Assembly: GCA_030390025.1 (NCBI GenBank)
Contig: CM059438.1
Location: forward strand, 55,926,001-55,990,000
Source of the DNA: Squalus acanthias
Lineage: Eukaryota
Direction of reading: 5' to 3'
Length of the DNA: 64,000 nucleotides
The notes beneath the pieces are model-generated. The model was given only the letters and a program-made list of their open reading frames with translations. It did no database searches and was not told the DNA's origin. Of this stretch, positions 29,401-58,740 are shown piece after piece; the first letter of the stretch is position 1, and every line of letters begins with the position of its first letter. The position numbers and the translations under genes were made by a program.

Positions 29401-32400
29401 TATCCATATCAATGTCTCTATCCATATCCCTATCTCTATCCCTGTCCCTATCCCTATCTCTATCTCTGTCTCTATCTCTGTCTCTATCTCTGTCTCTATC
29501 TCTATCCCTGCTCCTTTCTCTGTCACTATCTCTATCCTATCCCGTTATCTGTCCCTAACTCTATCCCTATCCCTATCTCTATCCCTATCCGTATCTCTAT
29601 CTCTATCTCTATCTCTAACCCTGTCCCTATCTCTATCCCTATCTCTATCGCTATTCCTATCCCTGTCCCTATCGCTGTCCCTATCCCTGTCCCTATCCCT
29701 ATCCCTGTCCCTGTCCCTATCCCTGTCCCTGTCCCTATCTCTATCCCTGTCCATATCTCTAACCCTATTTCTATCCCTATCTCTATCCCTATCCATATAT
29801 CTATCCCTGTCCCTATCTCTATCCCTATCCCCCTCCCTATCCCTGTCCCTATCCCCATCCCTGTCCCTACCCCTGTCCCTATCTCTATCCCTATCCCTGT
29901 CCATATCTCTATCTCTATTTCTATCCCTATTTCTATCCCTATCTCTATCCCTGTCCCTATCCCTATCCCTGTCCCTACCTCTATCCCTATCTCTATCCCT
30001 GCTACTTTCTCTATTCCTGTCTCTATCCCCATCTCTATCCCTATCCCTGTCTCTATCCCTATCCGAATCCCTATCTCTATCGCTATCCCTATCCCTAACC
30101 CTGTCCCTGTCTCTATCCCTATCCCTATCCCTATCCCTATCCCTATCCCTATCCCTATCCCTATTCCTATCCCCCTCCCTATTCCTATCCCTATACCCAT
30201 CCCTATCCCTATCCCTATTCCTATCCCTATCCCTATCCCTATCACTATCCCTATCCCTATCCCTATCTCTGTCCCTATCCCTATCCCCCTCCCTATCCCT
30301 GTCCCTATCCCTATCACTATCCCTATCCCTATCCCTACCCCTATCCCTATCCCTGTCCCTATCCCTATCCCTATTCCTGTCCCTGTCCCTATCCCTATCC
30401 CTGTCCCTATCTCTATCCCTGTCCCTATCCCTATCCCTATTCCTATCCCTGTCCCTATCCCTATCCCTATCCCTATCCCTATCCCTGTCCCAATCCCTAT
30501 CCCTATCCCTATCCCTGTCCCTATCCCTATCCCTATCACTATCCCTATCCCTATCCCTATCCCTGTCCCTATCCCTATCCCTATTCCTGTCCCTGTCCCT
30601 ATCCCTATCCCTATCACTGTCCCGATCCCTGTCCCTATCCCTGTTCCTGTCCCTGTCCCCGTCTCTATCCCTATCCCTGTCCCTATCTCTATCCCTGTCA
30701 CTGTCTCTATCCCTATCTCTATCCCTGTCCCTATATCTATCCTTATCCCTGTCCCTATCTCTATCTCTATCCCTATCCCTATACCTGTCCCTGTCCCTTT
30801 CCCTATCCCTGTCCCTATCTCTATCCCTATCCCTGTCCATATCTCTATCCCTATTTCTATCCCTATCTCTATCCCTATCCCTGTCCCTATCTCTATCCCT
30901 ATCCCTGTCCCTATCTCTATCCCTATCCCTGTCCATATCTCTATCCCTATTTCTATCTCTATTTCTATCCCTATCTCTATCCCTATCCCTCTCCCTATCC
31001 CTGTCCCTATCCCCATCCCTGTCCCTACCCCTGTCCCTATCTCTATCCCTATCCCTGTCCATATCTCTATCCCTATTTCTATCCCTATTTCTACCTCTAT
31101 CCCTATCCCTATCCCTAACCCTGTCCCTGTCTCTATCCCTATCCCTGTCTCTATCCCTATCCCTATCTCTATCCCTATCCCTACCTCTATCCCTATCCCT
31201 GTCTCTATCCCTATCCCTGTCTCTATCCCTATCCCTATCCCTGTCACTATCCCTGTACGTCTCCCTCTCCCTATCTCTGTCTCTATCCCTTTCCCTGTCC
31301 CTCTCCCTCTCCCTATCCCTGTCTCTATCCCTTTCCCTATCCCTCTCCCTGTCTCTATCCCTATCCCTATCCCTGTCCCTATCCCTATCCCTGTCCCTAT
31401 CCCTATCCCTGTACCTATCCCTATCCCTATCCCTGTCCCTATCTCTATCCCTATCCCTGCTCCTTTCTCTATCCCTGTCTCTATCCCTATCCCTATCCCT
31501 ATCCCTGTCCCTATCCCTGCCCCTCTCCCTCTCCCTATCCCTGTCTCTATCCCTTTCCCTATCCCTCTTCCTGTCCCTATCCCTATCCCTGTCCCTATCC
31601 CTATCCCTGTCCCTATCCCTATCCCTGTCCCTATCCCTATCCCTATCCCTGTCCCTATCTCTATCCCTATCCCTGCTCCTTTCTCTATCCCTATCTCTAT
31701 CACTATCACTATCTCTATCCCTATCCCTATCCCTGTCCCTGTCTCTATCCCTGTACGTCTCCCTCTCCCTATCTCTGTCTCTATCCCTTTCCCTGTCCCT
31801 CTCCCTCTCCCTATCCCTGTCTCTATCCCTTTCCCTATCTCTATCCCTGTCTCTATCCCCATCTCTATCCCTATCCCTGTCTCTATCCCTATCCCTATCC
31901 CTGTCCCTATCCCTATCCCTGTCCCTATCCCTATCCCTGTCCCTATCCCTATCCCTATCCCTATCCCTATCCCTGTCCCTGTCTCTATCTCTATCCCTAT
32001 CCCTGTATCTATCCCTATCCCGTTCCCTGTCTCTATTATATCCATATCAATGTCTCTATCCATATCCCTATCTCTATCCCTGTCCCTATCCCTATCTCTA
32101 TCTCTGTCTCTATCTCTGTCTCTATCTCTGTCTCTATCTCTATCCCTGCTCCTTTCTCTGTCACTATCTCTATCCTATCCCGTTATCTGTCCCTAACTCT
32201 ATCCCTATCCCTATCTCTATCCCTATCCGTATCTCTATCTCTATCTCTATCTCTAACCCTGTCCCTATCTCTATCCCTATCTCTATCGCTATTCCTATCC
32301 CTGTCCCTATCGCTGTCCCTATCCCTGTCCCTATCCCTATCCCTGTCCCTGTCCCTATCCCTGTCCCTGTCCCTATCTCTATCCCTGTCCATATCTCTAA

Positions 32401-32586
32401 CCCTATTTCTATCCCTATCTCTATCCCTATCCATATATCTATCCCTGTCCCTATCTCTATCCCTATCATTGTCCCTATCTCTATCCCTATCCCCCTCCCT
32501 ATCCCTGTCGCTATCCCCATCCCTGTCCCTACCCCTGTCCCTATCTCTATCCCTATCCCTGTCCATATCTCTATCTCTATTTCTAT
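23497..32586 (-). repeat. GGGATA complex satellite in inverted orientation ((TATCCC)n on +), block C
   Basis: C-rich strand on +. Reverse-complement landmarks at about 24881, 26960, 29532 and 32170 (spacings 2079, 2572, 2638). Confidence 0.97.
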
Positions 32587-32604
32587 ATAACGGGAAATAA
32601 AGAA

Positions 32605-34263
32605 ATGGCAGACCAACTAAATGCATACTTTGGGTCAGTCTTTACGAAGGAAGACACAAAAAACCTCCCTGGGATATCGGGAAAAATAGGGACATTTGCA
32701 AAGGAGGAACTGACGCAAGTCAATATCTCTAAGGATATGGTGTTAAGGAAGCTAAAGGGATTGAAGGCGGACAAATCCCCAGGGCCTGATAACATGCATC
32801 CTAGGGTGCTGAAGGAGGTGGCCCTAGAGATAGCGGATGCACTAAGTATGATTTTTCAGAATTCATTAGACTCGGGAACAGTGCCCATGGATTGGAGGGT
32901 AGCTAACGTTACCCCACTATTCAAAAAGGGGGGTAGGGAAAAAGCAGGTAATTACAGACCTGTAAGCCTTACATCAGTTGTGGGCAAAATGCTGGAGTCC
33001 ATCATTAAGGATGAAATAGCGGAGCACTTAGCAAATGGGGACAGGATAGGACAGAGTCAACATGGATTTACAAAGGGTAAATCGTGCTTGACTAATCTAT
33101 TGGAATTTTTTGAGGGAGTAACTGGTAAAATAGATGGGGGAGAGCCAGTAGATGTGGTGTACCTGGACTTCCAAAAGGCCTTCGATAAGGTCCCACATAA
33201 AAGATTAGCAGGGAAAATTGAAGCTCATGGGATAAAGGGGAAAGTATTGACGTGGATAGAGAACTGGCTGTCAGATAGAAAACAGAGAGTTGGAATAAAC
33301 GGCTCATTTTCTGAATGGCAGGCAGTAACAAGTGGGGTACCACAGGGATCTGTCCTGGGTCCCCAGCTGTTCACAATTTACATTAATGACCTGGATCAGG
33401 GAGTCGGATGCAGCATTTCCAAATTTGCAGACGACACTAAACTAGGAGGGGGGGTGGGCTCAGAGGAGGAGACCAGGAAGCTCCAGAGCGATTTGGACAG
33501 ACTGGGTGATTGGGCGGATAAATGGCAGATGCACTATAATGTGGACAAGTGCGAAGTTATCCACCTTGGGTGCAGGAACGGGAGGGCAAATTATTATTTA
33601 AATGGCAATAAATTGGGAGAGGGGGAAGTACAGAGAGACCTGGGTGTTCTTGTACACCAGTCACTGAAGGCGAGCATGCAGGTGCAACAGGCGATCAAGA
33701 AGGCAAACGGTATGCTGGCCTTCATAGCAAAAGGGTTGGAATACAGGAACAGGGATACCTTGCTGCAGCTGTACAGGGCACTGGTGAGACCACACCTCGA
33801 GTACTGTGTACAGTTTTGGTCGCCTCATCTGAGGAAAGATGTTCTTGCCATGGAGGGGGTGCAGCGGCGATTCACCAGGCTGATACCAGGAATGGCGGGA
33901 TTGACCTATGAGGAGAGACTATGTAGTTTAGGGATGTACACACTGGAGTTTAGAAGATTGAGAGGGGACCTCATAGAAGTGTATAAAATTCTGACAGGTC
34001 TAGACAGACTAGATGCAGAAGGAATGTTTCCCTTGGCGGGTGAGAACAGAACTAGAGGACATAATTTAAGGATAAGGGCTAAACCATTTAGGACAGAAAT
34101 GAGGGGGAATTTCTTCACTCAGAGGGTGGTGAACCTGTGGAACTCATTGCCACAGAGGGCAGTGTACGCCAGCTCATTAAATATATTTAAGAGGGAATTA
34201 GATATATTTCTACAGGCAAAAGGGGTTAAGGGTTACGGAGAGAAGGCGGGGACGGGATACTGA
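32605..34263 (+). CDS. CR1 ORF2 C-terminal half: uninterrupted 552-aa reverse transcriptase ORF lacking the APE endonuclease domain
   Basis: Non-LTR RT motifs (KSPGPD, NYRPVSLTS, QHGF, YLDFQKAFDKVPH, GVPQGSVLGP, FADD, DLGV) and the CR1-type C-terminus (LVRPHLEYCVQFWSP, RTRGH, FFTQRVVNLWNSLP). It starts at an internal Met; expression is not shown. Confidence 0.85.
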   Translation: MADQLNAYFGSVFTKEDTKNLPGISGKIGTFAKEELTQVNISKDMVLRKLKGLKADKSPGPDNMHPRVLKEVALEIADALSMIFQNSLDSGTVPMDWRVANVTPLFKKGGREKAGNYRPVSLTSVVGKMLESIIKDEIAEHLANGDRIGQSQHGFTKGKSCLTNLLEFFEGVTGKIDGGEPVDVVYLDFQKAFDKVPHKRLAGKIEAHGIKGKVLTWIENWLSDRKQRVGINGSFSEWQAVTSGVPQGSVLGPQLFTIYINDLDQGVGCSISKFADDTKLGGGVGSEEETRKLQSDLDRLGDWADKWQMHYNVDKCEVIHLGCRNGRANYYLNGNKLGEGEVQRDLGVLVHQSLKASMQVQQAIKKANGMLAFIAKGLEYRNRDTLLQLYRALVRPHLEYCVQFWSPHLRKDVLAMEGVQRRFTRLIPGMAGLTYEERLCSLGMYTLEFRRLRGDLIEVYKILTGLDRLDAEGMFPLAGENRTRGHNLRIRAKPFRTEMRGNFFTQRVVNLWNSLPQRAVYASSLNIFKRELDIFLQAKGVKGYGEKAGTGY

Positions 34264-34296
34264 ATTGGAGGATCAGCCATGATCTCATTAAATGGC

Positions 34297-34335
34297 GGAG
34301 CAGGCTCGAAGGGCCGGATGGCCTACTCCTGCTCC
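34297..34335 (+). other. CR1 3' UTR stem-loop (putative RT-recognition element)
   Basis: GGAGCAGG (34297-34304) pairs perfectly with CCTGCTCC (34328-34335), enclosing an inner GGCC-GGAT-GGCC hairpin. The same structure with loop GAAT is in the fragment at about 51826-51864. The function is inferred from known CR1/L2 LINE 3' stem-loops. Confidence 0.75.
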
Positions 34336-34365
34336 TATCTTCTATGTATCTATGTATCCCTATTC

Positions 34366-34865
34366 NNNNNNNNNNNNNNNNNNNNNNNNNNNNNNNNNNN
34401 NNNNNNNNNNNNNNNNNNNNNNNNNNNNNNNNNNNNNNNNNNNNNNNNNNNNNNNNNNNNNNNNNNNNNNNNNNNNNNNNNNNNNNNNNNNNNNNNNNNN
34501 NNNNNNNNNNNNNNNNNNNNNNNNNNNNNNNNNNNNNNNNNNNNNNNNNNNNNNNNNNNNNNNNNNNNNNNNNNNNNNNNNNNNNNNNNNNNNNNNNNNN
34601 NNNNNNNNNNNNNNNNNNNNNNNNNNNNNNNNNNNNNNNNNNNNNNNNNNNNNNNNNNNNNNNNNNNNNNNNNNNNNNNNNNNNNNNNNNNNNNNNNNNN
34701 NNNNNNNNNNNNNNNNNNNNNNNNNNNNNNNNNNNNNNNNNNNNNNNNNNNNNNNNNNNNNNNNNNNNNNNNNNNNNNNNNNNNNNNNNNNNNNNNNNNN
34801 NNNNNNNNNNNNNNNNNNNNNNNNNNNNNNNNNNNNNNNNNNNNNNNNNNNNNNNNNNNNNNNNN
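34366..34865. other. Scaffold gap (500 N)
   Basis: Exactly 500 N. Confidence 1.
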
Positions 34866-51607
<16,742 letters not shown>

Positions 51608-51891
51608 TCCAAAAATGTGTGGGTTAGGTTGATTTGGCTATGATAAATTGACCCTTAGTGTTAGGGGGGATTAAATATGTGGGGTTATGGGGATAGGATG
51701 GGATATGTTAGGGGGGAATTAAATATGTGGGGTTACGGGGGTAGGGTGGGATATGTGTACTGTGGGGATTAAAGCAGGGACAGGGTACTGGATTTGGATG
51801 ATCAGCCATGATCGTATTGAATGGCGGAGCAGGCTCGATGGGCCGAATGGCCTACTCCTGCTCCTAGATTCTATGTTTCTATGTTTCTATG
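51608..51891 (+). mobile_element. 5'-truncated HE1/V-SINE-like fragment ending in a CR1-derived 3' end with (TTCTATGT)n tail
   Basis: The 5' part (AGTCCAAAAATGTGTGGGTTAGGTTGATTTGGCTATGATAAATTGACCCTTAGTG) resembles, from memory, the shark HE1 SINE body. 51760-51891 aligns by eye with the CR1 3' end at 34232-34358. The tRNA head is absent. Confidence 0.75.
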
Positions 51892-54800
51892 AGATAGGGA
51901 TAGAGCTAGGGACAGGGATAGGGATAGAGATATGGACAGGGATAGGGATGGGGATAGGGATAGAGATAGGGATAGGGTCAGGGTTCGGGATAGGGATAGA
52001 GACAGGGATAGGGAGAGGGACAGGGATAGGGATAGGGATTCGGATAGGGATAGAGATAGGCATAGGGATAGGGATAGAGACAGGGATAGGGATAGAGATG
52101 GGGATAGAGACAGGGATAGAGAAAGGAGCAGGGATAGAGACATGGATAGAGATAGGGCTAGCTATAGGGATATGGATAGTGATAGAAATAGGGATAGAGA
52201 TAGGGACGGGATAGGGATAGAGATAGGGATAGGGATAGAGATAGGGACAGGGACAGGGATAGGGACAGGGACAGGGATAGGGATAGGGACAGGGATAGGG
52301 ACAGGGATAGGGAAAGGGATAGGGATAGGGATAGAGATATGGACAGGGATAGGGATGGGGATAGGGATAAGATAGGGATAGGGTCAGGGTTCGGGATAGG
52401 GATAGAGACAGGGATAGGGAGAGGGACAGGGATAGGGATAGGGATTCGGATAGGGATAGAGATAGGCATAGGGATAGGGATAGAGACAGGGATAGGGATA
52501 GAGATGGGGATAGAGACAGGGATAGAGAAAGGAGCAGGGATAGAGACATGGATAGAGATAGGGCTAGCTATAGGGATATGGATAGTGATAGAAATAGGGA
52601 TAGAGATAGGGACGGGATAGGGATAGAGATAGGGATAGGGATAGAGATAGGGACAGGGACAGGGATAGGGACAGGGACAGGGATAGGGATAGGGACAGGG
52701 ATAGGGACAGGGATAGGGAAAGGGATAGGGATAGGGATAGAGATAGGGATAGAGATAGGGACAGGGATAGAGATAGAGATAGAGATAGGGATAGGGATAG
52801 AGATAGGGATAGGGATAGAGTTAGGGACAGATAACGGGATAGGATAGAGATAATGACAGAGAAAGCAGCAGGGATAGAGATAGAGACAGAGATAGAGACA
52901 GAGATAGAGACAGAGATAGAGATAGGGATAGGGACAGGGATAGAGATAGGGATATGGATAGAGACATGGATATGGATATAATAGAGACAGGGAAAGGGTT
53001 AGGGATAGATACAGGGATAGGGATAGAGATAGAGACAGGGACAGGGAAAAGGATAGGGATAGAGATAGGGATAGCGATAGAGATAGGGATAGAGAAAGGG
53101 GCAGGGATAGGGAGAGAGATAGGGACAGGGATAGGGATAGGGATAGGGACAGGGATAGGGATAGGGACAGGGATAGAGATAGGGACAGGGATAGGGATAG
53201 GGACAGGAAGAGGGAAATGGAAAGGGATAGAGACTGGGATAGGGAGAGGGAGAGGGCAGGGATAGGGACAGGGATAGGGATAGGGATAGGGATAGAGACA
53301 GGGATAGAGAAAGGAGCAGGGATAGGGATAGAGATAGGGTCAGGGATAGAGATAGGGATAGGGACAGGGATAGGGATAGGGACAGGGATAGGGATAGGGA
53401 CAGGGATAGGGATAGGGATAGAGACAGGGAGAGGGATAGGGAAAGGATAGAGACAGGGATAGGGAGAGGGAGAGGGACAGGGATAGGGACAGGGATAGGG
53501 ATAGGGATAGGGATAGAGACAGGGATAGAGATAGGGATAGAAATAGGGATAGAAATAGGGATAGAGATATGGACAGGGATAGGGATAGAGATAGGGACAG
53601 GGATAGGGATATGGATAGGGATAGAGATAGGGATAGAAATAGGGATAGAGATATGGACAGGGATAGGGATAGGGACAGGGATAGGGACAGGGACAGGGAT
53701 AGGGATAGGGACAGGGATAGGGACAGGGATAGGAATAGGGATAGAGATAGGGATAGAGATAGGGACAGGGATAGAGATAGAGATAGAGATAGCGCTAGGG
53801 ATAGGGATAGAGATAGGGATAGGGATAGAGTTAGGGACAGATAACGGGATAGGATAGAGATAGTAACAGAGAAAGGAGCAGGGATAGAGATAGAGACAGA
53901 GATAGAGACAGAGATAGAGACAGAGATAGAGATAGGGATAGTACAGGGATAGAGATAGGGATATGGATAGAGACAGGGATAGGGATATTATAGAGACAGG
54001 GAAAGGGATAGGGATAGATACAGGGATAGGGATAGAGATAGAGACAGGGACAGGGATAGGGATAGGGATAGAGATCGGGATAGTGATAGAGATAGGGATA
54101 GAGAAAGGAGCAGGGATAGGGATAGAGATAGGGACAGGGATAGGGATAGGGATAGGGACAAGGATAGAGATAGGGACAGGGATAGGGATAGGGACAGGGA
54201 TAGGGATAGGGACAGGAAGAGGGATAGGGATAGAGACAGGGATAGAGAAAGGAGCAGGGATAGGGATAGAGATAGGGACAGGGATAGGGATAGGGATAGG
54301 GACAGGGATAGGGATAGGGACAGGGATAGGGATAGGGACAGGGATAGGGATAGGGATAGAGACAGGGAGAGGGATAGGGAAAGGGATAGAGACAGAGATA
54401 GGGAGAGGGAGAGGGACAGGGATAGTGACAGGGATAGGGATAGGGATAGAGACAGGGATAGGGATAGAGACAGGGATAGGGATAGAGGTAGGGATAGGGA
54501 TAGAGATAGGGATAGGGATAGAGACAGGGATAGGGATGGAGACAGGGACAGGGTTAGGGATAGGGATAGGGATAGAGATAGGGATAGGGATAGGGATAGA
54601 GACAGGGACAGGGTTAGGGATAGGGATAGCGATAGAGATAGGGATTCGGATAGGGATAGAGACAGGGATAGGGATAGAGATGGGGATAGAGACAGGGATA
54701 GAGAAATGAGCAGGGATAGGGATAGAGATAGGGTCAGGGATAGGGATAGGGATAGGGACAGGGATAGGGATAGGGACAGGGATAGGGATAGGAACAGGGA

Positions 54801-57800
54801 TAGGGATAGGGATAGAGACAGGGAGAGGGATAGGGAAAGGGATAGAGGTAGGGATAGGGATAGAGATAGGGATAGGGATAGAGACAGGGATAGGGATGGA
54901 GTCAGGGACAGGGATAGGGATAGGGACAGGGATAGGGATAGGGACAGGGATAGGGATAGGGATAGAGACAGGGAGGGATAGGGAAAGGTATAGAGACAGG
55001 GATAGGGAGAGGGAGAGGGAGAGGGACAGGGATAGGGACAGGGATAGGGATAGCGATAGGGATAGGGATCGAGACAGGGATAGGGATAGGGACAGGGATA
55101 GGGATAGAGGGAGGGATAGGGGTAGAGATAGGGATAGGGATAGAGACAGGGATAGGGATAGAGTTAGGGACAGATAACGGGATAGGATAGAGATAGTAAC
55201 AGAGAAAGGAGCAGGGATAGAGATAGAGACAGAGATAGAGACAGAGATAGAGACAGAGATAGAGATAGGGATAGTACAGGGATAGAGATAGGGATATGGA
55301 TAGAGACAGGGATAGGGATATTATAGAGACAGGGAAAGGGATAGGGATAGATACAGGGATAGGGATAGAGATAGAGACAGGGACAGGGATAGGGATAGGG
55401 ATAGAGATCGGGATAGTGATAGAGATAGGGATAGAGAAAGGAGCAGGGATAGGGATAGAGATAGGGACAGGGATAGGGATAGGGATAGGGACAAGGATAG
55501 GGATAGGGACAGGGATAGGGATAGGGACAGGGATAGGGATAGGGACAGGAAGAGGGATAGGGATAGAGACAGGGATAGAGAAAGGAGCAGGGATAGGGAT
55601 AGAGATAGGGACAGGGATAGGGATAGGGATAGGGACAGGGATAGGGATAGGGACAGGGATAGGGATAGGGACAGGGATAGGGATAGGGATAGAGACAGGG
55701 AGAGGGATAGGGAAAGGGATAGAGACAGAGATAGGGAGAGGGAGAGGGACAGGGATAGTGACAGGGATAGGGATAGGGATAGAGACAGGGATAGGGATAG
55801 AGACAGGGATAGGGATAGAGGTAGGGATAGGGATATAGATAGGGATAGGGATAGAGACAGGGATAGGGATGGAGACAGGGACAGGGTTAGGGATAGGGAT
55901 GGGATAGAGATAGGGATAGGGATAGGGATAGAGACAGGGACAGGGTTAGGGATAGGGATAGCGATAGAGATAGGGATTCGGATAGGGATAGAGACAGGGA
56001 TAGGGATAGAGATGGGGATAGAGACAGGGATAGAGAAATGAGCAGGGATAGGGATAGAGATAGGGTCAGGGATAGGGATAGGGATAGGGACAGGGATAGG
56101 GATAGGGACAGGGATAGGGATAGGAACAGGGATAGGGATAGGGATAGAGACAGGGAGAGGGATAGGGAAAGGGATAGAGGTAGGGATAGGGATAGAGATA
56201 GGGATAGGGATAGAGACAGGGATAGGGATGGAGTCAGGGACAGGGATAGGGATAGGGACAGGGATAGGGATAGGGACAGGGATAGGGATAGGGATAGAGA
56301 CAGGGAGGGATAGGGAAAGATATAGAGACAGGGATAGGGAGAGGGAGAGGGAGAGGGACAGGGATAGGGACAGGGATAGGGATAGCGATAGGGATAGGGA
56401 TCGAGACAGGGATAGGGATAGGGACAGGGATAGGGATAGAGGGAGGGATAGGGGTAGAGATAGGGATAGGGATAGAGACAGGGATAGGGATGGAGACAGG
56501 GACAGGGTTAGGGATAGGGATAGGGATAGAGATAGGGATAGGGATAGAGACAGGGACAGGGTTAGGGATAGGGATAGCCATAGAGATAGGGATTCGGATA
56601 GGGATAGAGAGAGGGATAGATAAAGTCGCAGGGATAGAGATAGGGATAGAGCTAGGGACAGGGATAGGGATAGGGACAGGGATAGAGATAGGGATAGAAA
56701 TAGGGATAGAGATATGGACAGGGATAGGGATAGAGATAGGGACAGGGATAGGGATATGGATAGGGATAGAGATAGGGATAGAAATAGGGATAGAGATATG
56801 GACAGGGATAGGGATTGGGACAGGGACAGGGATAGGGACAGGGACAGGGATAGGGATAGGGACAGGGATAGGGACAGGGACAGGGATAGAGATAGGGATA
56901 TGGATAGAGACAGGGATAGGGATATAATAGAGACAGGGAAAGGGATAGGGATAGATACAGGGATAGGGATAGAGATAGAATCAGGGACAGGGATAGGGAT
57001 AGGGGTAGAGATAGGGATAGTGATAGAGATAGGGATAGAGAAATGAGCAGGGATAGAGATAGGGACAGGGATAGGGATAGGGATAGGGACAGGGATAGGG
57101 ATAGGGACAGGGATAGGGATAGGGACAGGGATAGGGATAGGGACAGGAAGAGGGATAGGGAAAGGGATAGAGACAGGGATAGGGAGAGGGAGAGGGGCAG
57201 GGATAGGGACAGGGATAGGGATAGGGATAGAGACAGGGATAGAGAAAGGAGCAGGGATAGGGATAGAGATAGGGACAGGGATAGGGATAGGGATAGCGAC
57301 AGGGATAGGGATAGGGACAGGGATTGGGATAGCGACAGGGATAGGGATAGGGATAGAGACAGGGAGAGGGATAGGGAAAGGGATAGAGACAGAGATAGGG
57401 AGTGGGAGAGGGACAGGGATAGTGACAGGGATAGGGATAGGGATAGGGATAGAGACTGGGATAGGGATAGAGACAGGGATAGGGATAGAGGTAGGGATAG
57501 GAATAGAGATAGGGATAGGGATAGAGACAGAGACAGGGTTAGTGATAGGGATAGCGATAGAGATAGGGATTCGGATAGGGATTGAGACAGGGATAGATAA
57601 AGTCGCAGGGATAGAGATAGGGATAGAGCTAGGGACAGGGATACGGATAGGGACAGGGATAGAGATAGGGATAGAAATAGGGATAGAGATATGGACAGGG
57701 ATAGGGATAGAGATAGGGACAGGGGTAGGGACAGGGATGGGGATAGGGACAGGGATAGGGAGGGGGATAGGGATAGAGATAGGGATAGAAATAGGGATAG

Positions 57801-58740
57801 AAATAGGGATAGAGATATGGACAGGGATAGGGATAGAGATAGGGACAGGGATAGGGATATGGATAGGGATAGAGATAGGGATAGAAATAGGGATAGAGAT
57901 ATGGACAGGGATAGGGATAGAGATCGCGACAGGGGTAGGGACAGGGATGGGGATAGGGACAGGGATAGGGAGGGGGATAGGGATAGAGATAGGGATAGAA
58001 ATAGGGATAGAAATAGGGATAGAGATATGGACAGGGATAAGGATAGAGATAGGGACAGGGATAGGGATAGAGATAGGGACAGGGATAGGGATAGAGATAG
58101 GGATAGAAATAGGGATAGAGATATGGACAGGGATAGGGATAGAGATAGGGACCGGGATAGGGAAAGGGACAGGGACAGGGATAGGGATAGGGATAGAGAT
58201 AGAGATAGGGACAGGGATAAGGATAGATATAGGGACAGGGATAGAGATAGGGATAGAGACAGGGACAGGGATAGAGATAGGGACAGGGATAGGGATAGAG
58301 ACGGGGACAGGGACAGGATCAGGGATAGGGACAGGGATAGGGACAGGGATAGGGATAGGGATAGGGATAGGGATAGGGATAGTGATAGGGATAGGGATAG
58401 TACAGGGATAGGAATAGGGATAGGGATTGGGACAGGGATAGGGATAGGGACAGGGATAGGAATAGGGATAGGGATAGGGACAGGGATAGGGATAGGGATA
58501 GGGACAGGGATAGGGATAGGGACAGGGATAGGGATAGGGACAGGGACAGGAATTGGGATAGGGATAGGGACAGGGATAGGGATAGGGATAGGGATAGGGA
58601 TAGGGATAGTGATAGGGATAGGGACAGGGATAGGGAGGGGGATAGGGATAGGGACAGAGATAGGGATAGGGATAGGGACAGGGACAGGGACAGGAATAGG
58701 GATAGGGATAGGGATAGTGATAGGGATAGGGATAGAGATA
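51892..58740 (+). repeat. GGGATA complex satellite, block E (local duplications of about 406 and 1333 bp)
   Basis: Landmark ends at about 52847, 53857 and 55190. Private variant GAGAAATGAGCAGG at about 54701, 56033 and 57038. Confidence 0.96.

Larger units (their letters stand above)
32587..34358 (+). mobile_element. 5'-truncated CR1-clade LINE, copy 2 (same insertion and same 5' junction as copy 1)
   Basis: Identical junction CTATTTCTAT|ATAACGGGAAATAAAGAAATGG, same 3' UTR, tail (CTATGTAT)x2 followed by CCCTATTC and the gap. Confidence 0.93.
27700..34365 (-). repeat. Near-identical inverted duplicate of about 16340-22996 (CR1 plus flanking satellite)
   Basis: Positions map as x+y=50708 across the LINE and first flank: ORFs 18092-18538(+) and 32170-32616(-) are identical. 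HOR translations 18645-21164 vs 29532-32063 and 21271 onward vs 29425 downward are nearly identical. The left boundary is approximate. Confidence 0.93.

Noticed and set aside
32587..32595. ATAACGGGA at the CR1 5' junction equals part of the satellite landmark GATAACGGGATAGG
   Set aside because: Only 9 bp, on the opposite strand relative to the landmark, and it reads as ordinary ORF2 codons (ITGNKEM).
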